DNA of 64,000 nucleotides from Caecitellus pseudoparvulus (lineage: Eukaryota > Protista > Bigyra: Bicosoecida): contig CBFFRQ010000029.1 in NCBI GenBank assembly GCA_965644315.1, positions 124,001 through 188,000 of the forward strand, in the 5' to 3' direction. Of the stretch, positions 23,238 through 34,518 are shown one piece after another (positions within the stretch are counted from its first letter, which is position 1; every line of letters begins with the position of its first letter). The position numbers were made by a program, and so were the translations under genes. A model generated the notes under the pieces. It was not told the origin of the DNA, did not search any database, and worked only from the letters and a program-made list of their open reading frames with translations.

Positions 23238-26200
23238 ATGGCAGCCACCGGACGGCTGCAGGTTGTGCAGGCGCACACCGGGCAAAGGATCCTCACGCTC
23301 AACGATGACGCTGAGAGGTAAGGAGCTGCCCACTGCCCTGCCCATGTCTGCCTATGCTGCCTTGGCATGTGAAGGCTCTCCCATAATGGCTGGAAGCTCC
23401 GAAGCGCTTGATTTCTGCGCGCGATCCAGCACTGCGCACGTCGCGTTGCAGGGGCATATTCCGCAGCTTCCAACCACGTGCCACGACGCTCCACTCCTTG
23501 CCATCGCTCCTCGCAGGGTGGAAGACCTGTTGCAAGCAGTGGCAGGGCTGAGTGACCCGCAGCTTTCTGGCTGCATTTTACTGCACGGGGGTTCTGGAGA
23601 AGCACTCTCCAGCCTTCCACATGGTGATGCGCTTCCCACAGACGGCTGCGTGTATGCCTTCTTGGCCACCGAGATGCAGCAGGGTCCAGAAGACGTGCAG
23701 CCCCCCGGGCAGCCCGTCATTTCTGCTCCAGTCCCTGAGCAGTGGTCCGTGGGGGGCACCCAGCAGTACCCATTGCCCTCATTGGGAGCTGCTTTGCAGG
23801 CGGCCAGAGACACAGCTCACGGCCCAGCTGCAGGGGAGGTCATGCCAGCTGCAGTGAGCTCAGTGGCCACGGCCGTCGCCACGCTGCAGCTGGCTCAGCG
23901 CACCGTGGCCCACGCGTATGCCACGCTGCATGCGGCAGACCACATCGCCATGGCATCGAACGCTGCCGGCAGCAATTTGCAGAGCCTGTTCCAGGGCGCG
24001 GCTGGGGAGGTGGCTGGCATCACCAAGGCTGTGCAGGCCTTGCAGCCTAACGAAGAGCGCCTGCGCAGCCGCTTCCACATCTACCTGGACCGCCTCACGA
24101 AGCTCTCCTTGCATGAAGCCCTGGCTGACCTGAACGGCGTGGACGCGAGCAGCAGCACCCTGGCTTCAGTCCTGGACGTGCCCGGCATCCAGGAGGAGGC
24201 AGCTGACACGTGGGCGACGGGGGACGCCGTGCGGACGGCCACTGCCAAGCTCGCCGCGGACGAGCAGTTGGCGGCAACTGCCGTGCAGGGGGTGCTGGAC
24301 TTGCCCCTCGTCTTGCCCACCACCAGCGAAGCCGCCAAGGCGCACGTGACTGCGCTGCAGCCCCTGGAGCGGGACCTGCACTCCCAGGCGGCGGAAATGG
24401 AGGAGAAGTGGGAGGCGGTTGTCGCGCCTGCCATCGCTGCGCTGGGTGGGACGTCCCTGGATGCAGTCAGCCCTGCCCTGGAGGCCGTCGAACGCCTGCG
24501 CCTGACGACGGACATGGACATCATCCCAGCGTCCCGGGCACTGCTGAGTAGCGCAGCGGACTTGCTCAAGGCAGCTGTGCAGTGCAAGCACGCCATCCGC
24601 AAGCAGCAGGCAGTCATCCTGGCGGCGGTGGGCCAGCGCTCTGTGCAGGTGTCCCAGCTCATGGCCACGTGCCGGGCAGTTGACGCACAGGTGGCAGAGT
24701 GGCGGCGAGGCCTGCGCAATGTTGCCTCTGTGCGAGCCCTGCCCACAGCCTACAAGGCAGCCGTGCACGAGGTGGCCCGCCGGCGCGCCCACGGTCGCTT
24801 GCTGAAGGCTCGGGTTGAGAGCATGGTGTCCGTGCTCAAGGCATCCAGTCTGCGCGAGGCAGGGCGCCGGCGGCGGTTTGAGACCCGGCACGGCAGCGCC
24901 TTGCCCTTGGGCCTCTTTCCCGGCATGGACGCAGAGGCGCCGGAGGTGCGCCTGTCCGTGGAGGTGTTCGACCAAGCGCTGCCAGCCATTGACAACGTGC
25001 CCGCTTCCCTGGCCACGTCTGGCGCAGTGAGCGCCACGCAGGTGTCGCCGTGGCTGGCCGGGGCACCGGCTCCCTCTGCAGCCAGTTCAGGGGGTGCGCC
25101 ACCGCCGCTGTCCCTGGGGACCAGCTCTATGTCCACCCTGTCCTTGGGTGAGCTGGAGGGCTCCAGCTCCAGGGCTGCACAGCGCACCGCCTCAGGCGGC
25201 AGCAGCGGGGAGGCAGACGCCAGTGCCCGCGAGCACGGCACAGAGCACGTCATGCACAGCCTTGCCCGCTCGATGGTTGCCAGCTCCTCGGGAGATGTGG
25301 CGGTGGCGGGTGACGGCCGCGCGGTGGGCAGGGTCGGCCGCACCATCTCCGAGCCTCAAAGTGGCAAGCTCCCGGGCACGGGCGAGAGCTCCACATTAGA
25401 GGCAAACACCTCCCTCATGCTGCGCCTGAGAGAGGTGGAGGCTGAGAACGCGGCGCTGCGCGCGCGGCTGGCCTCCCGAGAAGCCGTCAGCGCGTCAGCT
25501 GGCCTGGCTGACTTGGCTGGTGGTGACACGCCCACCGTGGGTGACTCCCCCGGCCATGCGCCGCGCAAGGGCTCCTTCCTCTCCTCTGAGCAAAGCAGTG
25601 AAGACGGCACGTACCTGTCCATGGTGCAGGGGTCCATGCAGACTGCGCTGGCGCAGTCCAACGCGGCGGGGGTGCTGGAGGCCTTCCGGCAGAGCGTGGA
25701 GGCGACGCTGTCTGAGGCAGATGTGGAGGACGTGGCCAAGGTGCGCCAGCAACTGCTGGACCAGCTGGCAGTGCCGTGCGAGACGATGGGGGGGGGGCAG
25801 CCGCAGTGGCCCCCTGCGGGGGAAGTTGTCCTGCGCACAACCTCCCAACTCACCCGCCTCGTGTCGTACGCGGTGCGGGCATGCCGGAACCTAGACGGGC
25901 TGCTGAGCAGCAGCGTTGCATTTTCAGGCTTCATGCCTGGGCGCAACGCGTTGTTCTTGCGTGTGCCCTGGCCGCTGAAGCAGCTGCAGGACGGCGGCGC
26001 TCACGGCTTGCTGCAGTGGCACTACGTCGCGTTCAACATCGGAGCTCCCCACCACTACGCCAACTCGAGCAGTTTGCCCGAGTCTGTGAAAAGTGACCTG
26101 CCTGACTACGTCGTGCTGGCTATTTCAGAGGTGCAGGCCTTCACCGCATCGGCCGCGTTCAACCCTCACGGGGTGTCTGTTGGCTCGCAGTTTTTCAGCG

Positions 26201-26370
26201 TTCACGGTGCAGTGGTGGCGACAGGGGTGCCGCTTCGAGAGGGCAGCACTGGGGGGGGCTCAACTGGCTCCCCCGACACCCCCACGCCTGGGCGCTTGAC
26301 GCAGTGGGGTGAAGGCCCCTCCGGCTCCCCCCGTGCGCATCCGCCGCCGGGGGAGCACTCTAAGCATTGA
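23238..26370 (+). CDS. ATG11: Autophagy scaffold ATG11/RB1CC1(FIP200)-like
   Basis: Ubiquitin-like start (LQVVQAHTGQ...RVEDLLQAV, after intron 23318-23516). ATG17-like region LPTAYKAAVHEVARRR...E..RR..F...LP..LFPGM...FDQALPAID. C-terminal Claw (VAFSGFMPGRNALFL...YVAFNIGAPHHY...NPHGV..G..FF.V). Confidence 0.85.
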
Positions 26371-26375
26371 ATTCA
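26368..26375. terminator. Palindromic TGAATTCA including the ATG11 stop codon: candidate shared 3'-end signal of ATG11 and GAS8
   Basis: TGA 26368-26370 is the ATG11 stop. The 8-mer reads AATTCA on both strands, and the GAS8 stop lies 15 nt from the minus-strand copy. Function is inferred. Confidence 0.55.
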
Positions 26376-26388
26376 TTTCATGTCATGG

Positions 26389-28154
26389 CTACTGCGGCCC
26401 CCCGCCGCCTCCACCGCCCGCAGCGGCTGCAGCCACCTTCCCCTCTGGCCACCCCCCCCTGCCCCCAGTGGAAGCCAGAGGGGCGGCTGAGAACGTCGCC
26501 GCGGCAGCTTTGGAGAATGCTCGGCTGCCGCCCCTGCTGCCAGGCGCTGAGGGGGCTGCCGCCGATGAAGAGGGCGTCCTGGCGGGGGGCGGCACGGCAC
26601 TGACCGTGACGGCTCCGGGCTCTGCCGCCTGCACCGCAGCCAGGCGCATGGGCTCGAAACCAAGCTCCTCCTGCGGCACGCCGTACTTGGCCATCTTGGC
26701 GCCATACGCGTCTATGACGCGGTTGTGCGCCGCGACGATGCGCTGCAGCTCCGCCTTGAGTTCGGCAATGAGGGCGTCCTTGGACGCCACGACATCCTCC
26801 AGGCGGGACTCCACAGCGCCCAGCACCGTCGGGTCCAGCTGGGCCGCCGCCAAGACCTCCCCCAGCGCAGCGCCCTTCTTCTCCACCTCCTCTGCTGCCG
26901 CCTCCAGCTTCTTCTCCAGGAGCAGGTTCCTGAAGCCCGCCTTCTGCTGCACGTCGTAGAGGGCTGACGTGAAGCGGCTGTACAGGTCGTCCCGCTCCTT
27001 CTGGATGCGAGCCAGGCGCTGTTCGATGACTTCCGCCTCCCACTGCAGTGTGGCCATGGCGTCCTCCTGGATCAGAACCCGTGCCTTGAGCTTGTTCAGG
27101 AGCTCCATCTCCTTCAGGTATGTGGCTTTTTCCGCCTTGAGGCGCCCACTCTCTTCCAAGGCCCGGGCCAGCGGCGCGCTCATGCGCTTGTTCTCCTGAG
27201 CAATGGCGATGATGCGCTTCTCATCGGCCGCCTCCCGTGTCGCGAGGGTGTTCACTTCGTCCTTCAGGGACCGGATGAGGTCCAGGTTGGCGTGCGTGAT
27301 CTCGCTGAAGTACGCCTTGATGTCCTGGAAGGCCTTGTCGTGCGCTTCGATGAGCGCCGCGATGTGCTTGCTCTTGCGTGCCTCGATGCGCCGCACGTCG
27401 TCCATGCGCTGCTCCGTCAGCTCCTTGCGCGTGCGCTCCAAGGAGTCCTCGTACTGCGAGCACAGGTCCCGGGACTCCCGCTCGAACTCCAGGCGCAGCA
27501 TGGTGATGTCCCGGTCGTGCTGGCGCTTGAGCTCCTTCAAGTACTCCTCGTGGCGCACGGCTGCCTCCTTGCGCACGCGCTCCAGGGCGCGCTTGTCCTT
27601 CTGCAGCTCCAGCTCCTCGTCGCGCTGCTCGTCCTCCTTCAGCTTGAGGGCTACCTGAGCCTCTGTCCGCTTCCCTGTGCTCTCATTCTGGTGCTCGTAC
27701 AGCAAGTGCTTCACACGTTGCTTGTAGATCTGCGCATGCCAGGGCGGGCGCTGTGTCCCTCCCCGCTGTGACGAGGGCCGCTTGCCAGGCAGGCAAGCTC
27801 ACCTTCACCTCCACGCCGTGCTTCTCCTCCAAGTCCTGGATCTCACGGTCCAAGTTCCGTAGACGAGCACGTTCCTCCTCCAACTGCTTCTTCGCTACCA
27901 CCCAGAAGTGGTTCACTTTATCCTGCAACCGCGGAAACAGCCCAAAGTGAGCGCCCGTGTCCATGCGGAAATCGCGCAACGGCACCTCCTACCTTCTGCT
28001 GCTGGTACAGGTTGAAGAGGTGCTCCTCTGCGCGCACTTGAGCTTCTGCTTTCGCACACTCCGTCGCCAGTGCGAGTTGCTTCTCCAACTGTGCGGCTGC
28101 TTCGGCCTCTGCCTTCCTGGCAGCGGCCTTGGCGGCAGCCTTGGACGCCGCCAT
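26389..28154 (-). CDS. GAS8: Dynein regulatory complex subunit 4 (GAS8/DRC4/trypanin)
   Basis: DKVNHFW...LRNLDREI.DLEEKH.VEVKIYKQRVKHLLYEHQN, HDKAFQDIKAYF.EIT..NL.LI.SLK, ERDDLY..F...YDVQQKAGFRNLLLEKKL, YGVP.EELGF.P. Introns at 27923-27992 and 27730-27802. Confidence 0.95.
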
Positions 28155-29110
28155 CGTGCACCCAAAAACCGCACCCCAAAGAAATGTCGCGGCGGCCTCC
28201 CTGGTCACTCACAAGCAGTGATGCAGCCACTGCCACATGAAGGGACAGGACCATGGGCCATTTCTAGCGCCCTGCGCGTCGCATACGGGCTGGCCAGGAG
28301 TTCATTATGGCTTCTGCCGTGAACTGCTGGGCTTGGCATTGAAGTGGTGCAGCGAGGCGACGCACGAAGTGCGAGGCCCGCCAGCGAACGAGCACCCGTG
28401 AAAAACTGCACCAGCTGGGGACCAACTGTGGCCCATGCTTGCTTGCCAGCGCAGCAGGCCGCCTGGACGTCAGAAACACGTGAGGGTGTCACCAACGCAG
28501 GGGGAAGCCACCACCTCACTGGGCACTGAAGCCCTCCTGGAGGGACAACTTGCGGTGTGTGCACAGTGAACTTCCGCTTCTCGCGCGCTGGAAGCGGGGC
28601 TGCTGCCCTGCAGGTTCAAACAGCTGCGCTGTGGCAGCGCCTTGACGTGCGAAGTCGATGAGAAAGCTGGAGTGAGACGTAGAAGGTGAGGCACACTACA
28701 CGGGCTCGTGATGACTTCTATAGCACATGCTGAGGTCCTTTCCGTCCCCTGTGTGCAGTGATCCCTTGCGCCCTGAGTGGGCGGGCTCCATCATGGACAT
28801 GTGGCTGGGTGCGGAATTCGCCTCACATCATGCCTGCCAAGCGAGCACGCCAGAAGCGCCATGCAAAGCACAGAAAGCGCAGTGCTACGGCATGCCTGCA
28901 GTAGTGCAAGCCCTTACCGTGGCGGTGCGGCAGTTTGTGCCAGTGGTGCCGTGATGCCAGGCAAGGGCAGCACATGGACAGCAAGTCAAGGTCTGCGCAA
29001 TTCGACGCCTTCTGCACTTCCAACTGCACCGACCACCCGTACGCCCTGCCCTGTGACCGCCACGCCACCCTGTGCGCGCCTCGTTGTGCTGTCCCTGACT
29101 CCATCCCACC

Positions 29111-30406
29111 ATGTCTTCCTACGCAACCGAGCTGATCGAGACGGCGGTACGTGAAGCTGAGGCGAAGTCCCCCTGCCACCAGGCAGCACACCGCGCCACC
29201 CGCCGCCATCTCAGGCTGCCATCTCCGTGCCAGGCAAGGGGATCCTCGCCTCGGATGAGTCCACTGGCACCATTGGCAAGCGCTTCAAGCCCATCGGCGT
29301 CGCCAACGAGGAGGAGAACCGCCGAGTGTACCGTCAGCTGCTGTACACAACCGAAGGTGCGGCACACGGGCCAATCAGCCAGCCACCACGCCTAGGCCTG
29401 TGAAGGCGCCCCCGTCACACGACACGCTGGCACCTTGCAGGACTGGGCCAGTTCATCTCTGGCGCCATCATGTTCGAGGAGACGCTGTTCCAGAAGGCTG
29501 ATGATGGCACGCCCTTCCCTGCGTTGCTCAAGAAGCAAGGCATCATCACCGGCATCAAGGTGGACAAGGTGCGTCCACTGGCCCTCCTGCGCTGCCCTGC
29601 CCTGGCCTGCTGCCACACCTGTCCCCCCACACGCGCCCTTGCAGGGTGTGAAGCCCCTGCCTGGCACCGACGGCGAGACGGTCACCCAGGGCATCGACGA
29701 CCTGGACAAGCGCTGCGCGCAGTACTACGAGGCGGGCGCGCGCTTCGCCAAGTGGCGCGGCGTGATCAAGATCTCCCCCTCTGGCTGCCCCTCCGAGCTG
29801 GCCATTTCCGAGAACGTGAACCGCCTGGCGCGCTACGCAGCCATCTCCCAGGCCCACGGACTGGTGCCCATCGTGGAGCCAGAGGTGCTCATGGACGGAC
29901 CCCACACCCTGGAGCAGGCTGCCGAGGTGACGGAGCGCGTGCTGGCTGCCCAGTACAAGGCGCTGTCCGACCACCACGTCATGCTGGAGGGCACCCTGCT
30001 GAAGCCCAACATGGTGCGCCCTGGCACGGAGTCCGGCGCCGCCTTCGACCCCGCCGCCATCGCCCGCGCAACGGTGCGTGTGCTGCAGCACACCGTGCCT
30101 GTGGCGGTGCCAGGCATCACCTTCCTCTCCGGTGGTATGTCTGAGGAGGAGGCCACCCTTGCCCTCAACGCCATGAACGTGCTGGAGGCCAAGAAGCCCT
30201 GGAGCCTCACCTTCTCCTACGGCCGTGCCCTGCAGCAGTCAGTGCTGGCAGCGTGGGGGGGCAAGGCAGATGCCGTGCCTGCCGCCCAGGCCACCCTCCT
30301 GGCCCGCGCCGAGGCCAACTCGCAGGCCAACCTGGGCAAGTACGCAGGTGGCGCGGGCGGTGCAGCCGCGTCCGAGTCTCTGCACGTCGCCAACTACTCC
30401 TACTAA
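29111..30406 (+). CDS. FBA: Fructose-bisphosphate aldolase, class I (no targeting peptide seen)
   Basis: [55 protein letters not shown] (Schiff-base Lys), [13 protein letters not shown] and a C-terminal Tyr. Introns at 29147-29214, 29357-29440 and 29569-29644. Confidence 0.97.
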
Positions 30407-30493
30407 GCGCGACAGCCGATGCTGAATGCATGCACGTTGCGAAGAGGCGGGGGGCACAGTCGTGGGTGGCTGGACATGCATTCTTCTGCCCTG

Positions 30494-30751
30494 CTAAGTG
30501 CCATCGTCCTCTGCCTCCTCCACTGCCACGAGCTCCTGGGCGCCCATGTCGCTGAAGACGCTAGTGGTGAAGGTGGGCAGGGAGGGGGGCAGCACTGGCA
30601 CGGAGTATGTGCTTGCCGCTGCAGCCAGGGTGGAAAAGCCCTGCCTCTGCTTGTGTCGGGGGTTGGAGGAGCACACCACCATGACCTTGCGGCCGCGCTT
30701 CACCACCTTGCACTTCTCGCACATCTTCTTCAAGCTGCTGCGGACCTTCAT
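30494..30751 (-). CDS. rpl36: Organellar (probably mitochondrial) ribosomal protein bL36 with C-terminal extension
   Basis: [38 protein letters not shown] is a complete Zn-ribbon bL36. It is followed by 47 extra residues. Confidence 0.92.
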   Translation of the reverse strand: MKVRSSLKKMCEKCKVVKRGRKVMVVCSSNPRHKQRQGFSTLAAAASTYSVPVLPPSLPTFTTSVFSDMGAQELVAVEEAEDDGT

Positions 30752-31221
30752 GGCGTCCACCGGAGTCGGCCTACGCCGCTCTGTGCTCTGGGCTTGCTGC
30801 TGCCGCCGTGGGCTGGCGGCTCTATTTCCGCACTCCTGCACCAGACCCGGAATACGTCGCCGAAGGGGCCTGACTCAGCCCTTCAGCCATGCAAGGCGAT
30901 ATCTACCTGGACCTTGTGTGTGTGTGCGTGTGGTTTCCCCTTCAGATGTGCTGAGAGTGGCGCGCTACACACGCAGCTATTCAGCACCCAGAAGGGGGGA
31001 TGCGATGCCGCTTGCCCCCCCCCACGATGGAGCAGGGACAATCCACGCCAACCCGCACAGCTCCAACCCCTCACAGCTTGCCAGCGTCCTTTGTGACCGT
31101 TGCATTCACGCCTGTTGTGCTGCACCACTTCTCTGCCCCATGTGAGCCGCCTCGGGCACCTGCACCGCCATCTCCTCACACTTCGAACGGCCAACCTGCC
31201 CACACCCTCTGCACAGCCATC

Positions 31222-32076
31222 ATGTCCTCCGCCAACTTCGGCCGCAAGCTTAGCCCCAACTTGGGCAAGGTCTGGAATGATGTCTCCGTGCGTGAGCCGC
31301 GCACGCCGCCCTGGCTCAAGCGCAGGATTTCCGCAGTGCAGTGCCTTTCCACTTGACATGCTCCCCCCGCACCCACCAGGCCTACCCCGTCATCGCCTGC
31401 ATCGTTGGTGCTCTGTACTGGTCCACTTACGTCGGTGGCAAGTACCTGGTGACGTCTCCCGATGTCTTGTACGTGCTGCTCCCCGCTGCAGTTCAGCTGC
31501 TGTGCCGGCGTTTCCTCCGCATTTCGGATGCCGCCTTGTCGTGGCTTTTTGCCACGGTACCGCGCGGGAAGGCGGCATCTGGCCGCCCAGTCTCTTGCAC
31601 AAAGTGCTATTGGCTCCAGCCCTGGGTTTCAGCGCCTGTCGCGCCGGGCGCCGACCTGCACGAGGCTTGCTCTGCAGTCTGTGCCTGGCGCTGCCGCGCT
31701 GGCCGCCTGGTGTGACGGCGTGCCCTCCCAGCGCGCCCTCCCACGTCACAGCGCCACGGGCCGCGTGCATGATTTGCGTTTGATGTCCCCTTGCCCTTTT
31801 CCGCAGCTGGAGCCGCGACCAGCGCTCCAACGCCATCGTGCGCGAGGACACACAGGAGGCAGAGAACTGGTGCGTGGCATGTGTCACTCCCTGCCCACAT
31901 CCATGCTTTGCGTGGGGCGTGAGCATCTGCTGATGCCACCCTCCTGAGCACTCTCCTCGCGCGCCTTGCTTGCCTGGCACAGGGGCAAGCGCCACAAGTC
32001 TTGGTCCATCGAGAAGGACCAGCTGAAGGACCTGCGCGTCGGCTACGCCCCTGCCCGTGCCGAGCCCCGTGCCTGA
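31222..32076 (+). CDS. NDUFA4/COXFA4/B12D-family small mitochondrial membrane protein (4 exons, not recovered as one ORF by the track)
   Basis: Exons 31222-31287, 31380-31468, 31807-31869 and 31983-32076 give MSSANFGRKLSPNLGKVWNDVSAYPVIACIVGALYWSTYVGGKYLVTSPDVFWSRDQRSNAIVREDTQEAENWGKRHKSWSIEKDQLKDLRVGYAPARAEPRA. This has the YP-hydrophobic helix-PDV.W signature, and codons are strongly G/C-ending. Confidence 0.8.
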
Positions 32077-32623
32077 GGGGTCTGCACGGTGTGTGTTTCC
32101 GTGGCCCTGACACTTGGACACCTTGCTCTGGCCCAATAGCTGCACGAGAATGCACTCCTCCAAAGCTCCACGCTCTCTGCGTCCGATCGAGCTGGCCCTC
32201 CTGGTGTCATGGCCTGCAGCCGCTGTCTGCGTGGCTCGCAAACAGCGGCGTGGTGCATGATGTGAGCACGATGTGCCACATCCCAGCAGCAGCTCACCAA
32301 GCCAAAGCGGGGGGCGCTAGCCGCCACAGCACCCCGGATGGGACTCAGAGGCCCCATGTGAAGCAATTAGTCCGCTTTGCATCACTAGGTTTTGCGCCGT
32401 CGCCCACACTGCCCTCGCGCTGGGCAGCTCACGCACTCGTGCTTGCCTGCCCTCTCTCTCGCACATGCAGGTGGGGTTGCGAGCCGAGCCGCAGCGAAAG
32501 ACATGCAGAAATCCTGCCCAGTGCGACAGAGGCCGTGTCTTCACAACATGCGGCCGGCACTGGCGCACCCTCGTGTGTGCAGGGCCGCGCTCGCTTCCTG
32601 GCGCAGACGCCCAAACCGTGCAT

Positions 32624-33855
32624 TCACCTGCCGAAGTACTCTGCCGGGTCGAAATCCCCACTTGGGTGTCGGGCCTGAGAATTGGCTTGGGCAGGAGGGT
32701 GGCGGTGCCTTCCTCCCGCGGCGTGGTGCCGGTGGAACTCCCGGTCTTCCAGACGCCGCCGCAGCGCGAATTCATCCTCTGGGCTCCAGGCATCGCGCCC
32801 CGACCCGTCGTGATGCCGCCGAGGGTGGTCTGCGCCAGGTTCACCCTCGTCCACACCATGCATGTCCAGAGATGGGACGCCCAGAGCTGGAATCGGCTGC
32901 AGAGCCCAGGGCGAGTCGTCCTCCAGTGCAGCTCTGCCAGGCCCGAGGTGACTGGAGCCCTGGATCCCCCCCTGCTCCTCTTCAAAGCGCGCATGGTGGT
33001 CGTCGTGGTCATCCTGTGCCCTCCAGGGTTTCATGTCTTGCTCTGGCGTCCAGGAGCCGTCGTGCTGCTCTTGCTCGGCACCTGTCGAGGCTTGCACCTG
33101 GCCGCCGTCACCGCCAGCCCCCAGCGCAACCTGAGGCTGCCCCATCGCAAGAGGCGAGGCTGGAGGCGGCGACCGACCACCACGCAGTGCCAAGAGCAAG
33201 GGGGGAGCTGCTATGACCATGCCCTCAGCATGCCCCTCCGGCACCAGCTGCCCTGACGACGACAGCAGAGCGCTGCCGTGCTGTGCCTTGAAAGCAGCGA
33301 TCTCCGCAGCTGCCGAAAGGAATGGCGAGTCCTCATACTGCTTGCCGTACTCCTCGCGCAGTGTGGACCCGATGTCCTGCAGTGTGGGTATTGGCGGGGC
33401 GTGCACCACAGCATGGAGGCCATGCGCCAAGGCACCTCACCGCTGAAGATGCCAGCAGGCTGCCCAAGCACAAGTCCCCCGTTTTCAGAGTCATGTAATC
33501 CCACGTCAGTGAAAAGGCGAGGGAAGCCGGCAGGAGTCTGTACTGGGATGTGGCTGGGAGCCGGCGCCCAACGATGCCAAGAACTGCGCAAAGGACCACC
33601 CGCACGGCGTGAGCAAGACGAGCCACGTCGAAAGGCAGCAGGCTACACACCTCCGTACGTCACAAGAGCCATCGCCCCAGCCCCCCCCAGTTTATACCCA
33701 AACAAGTTGCGCTGGCACATGGTGTACGCTTGCTTCACGTCCACGTCAAGCCTGCGCAGAGCAACGAGCACGTGCCAACGTTTCGCTCGCGTTTCCCCCA
33801 GCCATGTTACGCACTCAGGCAGTGCTGAAGCCAGGGCTTTCCCGGCAGCCTCCAT
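32624..33855 (-). CDS. Hypothetical membrane protein with possible OCIA-like N-terminal domain and long disordered tail
   Basis: Introns 33752-33814, 33584-33650 and 33377-33440 join one frame: MEAAGKALASALPELDVDVKQAYTMCQRNLFGYKLGGAGAMALVTYGVLGIVGRRLPATSQYRLLPASLAFSLTWDYMTLKTGDLCLGSLLASSADIGSTLREEY...FDPAEYFGR. The gene model is well supported; the family call is weak. Confidence 0.6.
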
Positions 33856-34518
33856 CGCCGCATAGTGAAGGTTTGTATTAAGTGGTTTTGCGATTTCCTC
33901 GCCCTTCTGGGCGCCCTCCATGCCTGGAGCGACGCTGAAGCGGGTTCGTTTGCTGACCTGGCTCTCTGCCTGAGAAGCCACGCACGTCCGGCACGTGAGG
34001 CGAAGTTTGCGCTGCTGGAGAGCCAGCACGTCATCAAGAGTGAGCCAATTTGTGCAAAACACTTAGAAGAGTTTGAAGCGTGCTTGCTTTTGTCATCCAT
34101 TGGCACAGTGACGCTCAACTCAAAACAGTTTCAAACAGCGAGTCCTCCTTGCAGAGAGACAGCAGACCAAAGGATCCGAACATTGACTTTGTAGTTACAA
34201 GCATGCCTGGCGTAGACGTGAAGGAAATAGTCTCCTGAGTTCCAACCAAAGCTCTTGGCGGACTAGGTAGAGTGAAGGGCGTAGTTTCAACCCTTTCATC
34301 AAGAATGTAGAGCTCGTGCGTGCAAATTGCGCTCAGCAAGTGTGCAGGGGCGATTGGTCCAAGTATCGGGCACCTCTCGGACAACACGAGCAAGCTAACT
34401 TGTGAATATGTTGACAAGTTTTACATGAGCAACGATAGAGCGCCTGGAGTGCATTGGGGCCGCACGACAGCCGCTCGCGCGGAGGCAAGGGTGGGGGGGG
34501 CAGTCATTGCTAGGAAAT

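Noticed and set aside
28155-29110. Short ORFs between GAS8 and aldolase
   Set aside because: No coding-like codon pattern or homology signal; likely a divergent promoter region.
34270-34305. SECIS-like ATGA...AAA hairpin on the minus strand downstream of eRF1
   Set aside because: The 3' GA of the non-Watson-Crick quartet is missing, it lies beyond the predicted 3' end, and eRF1 has no in-frame TGA.
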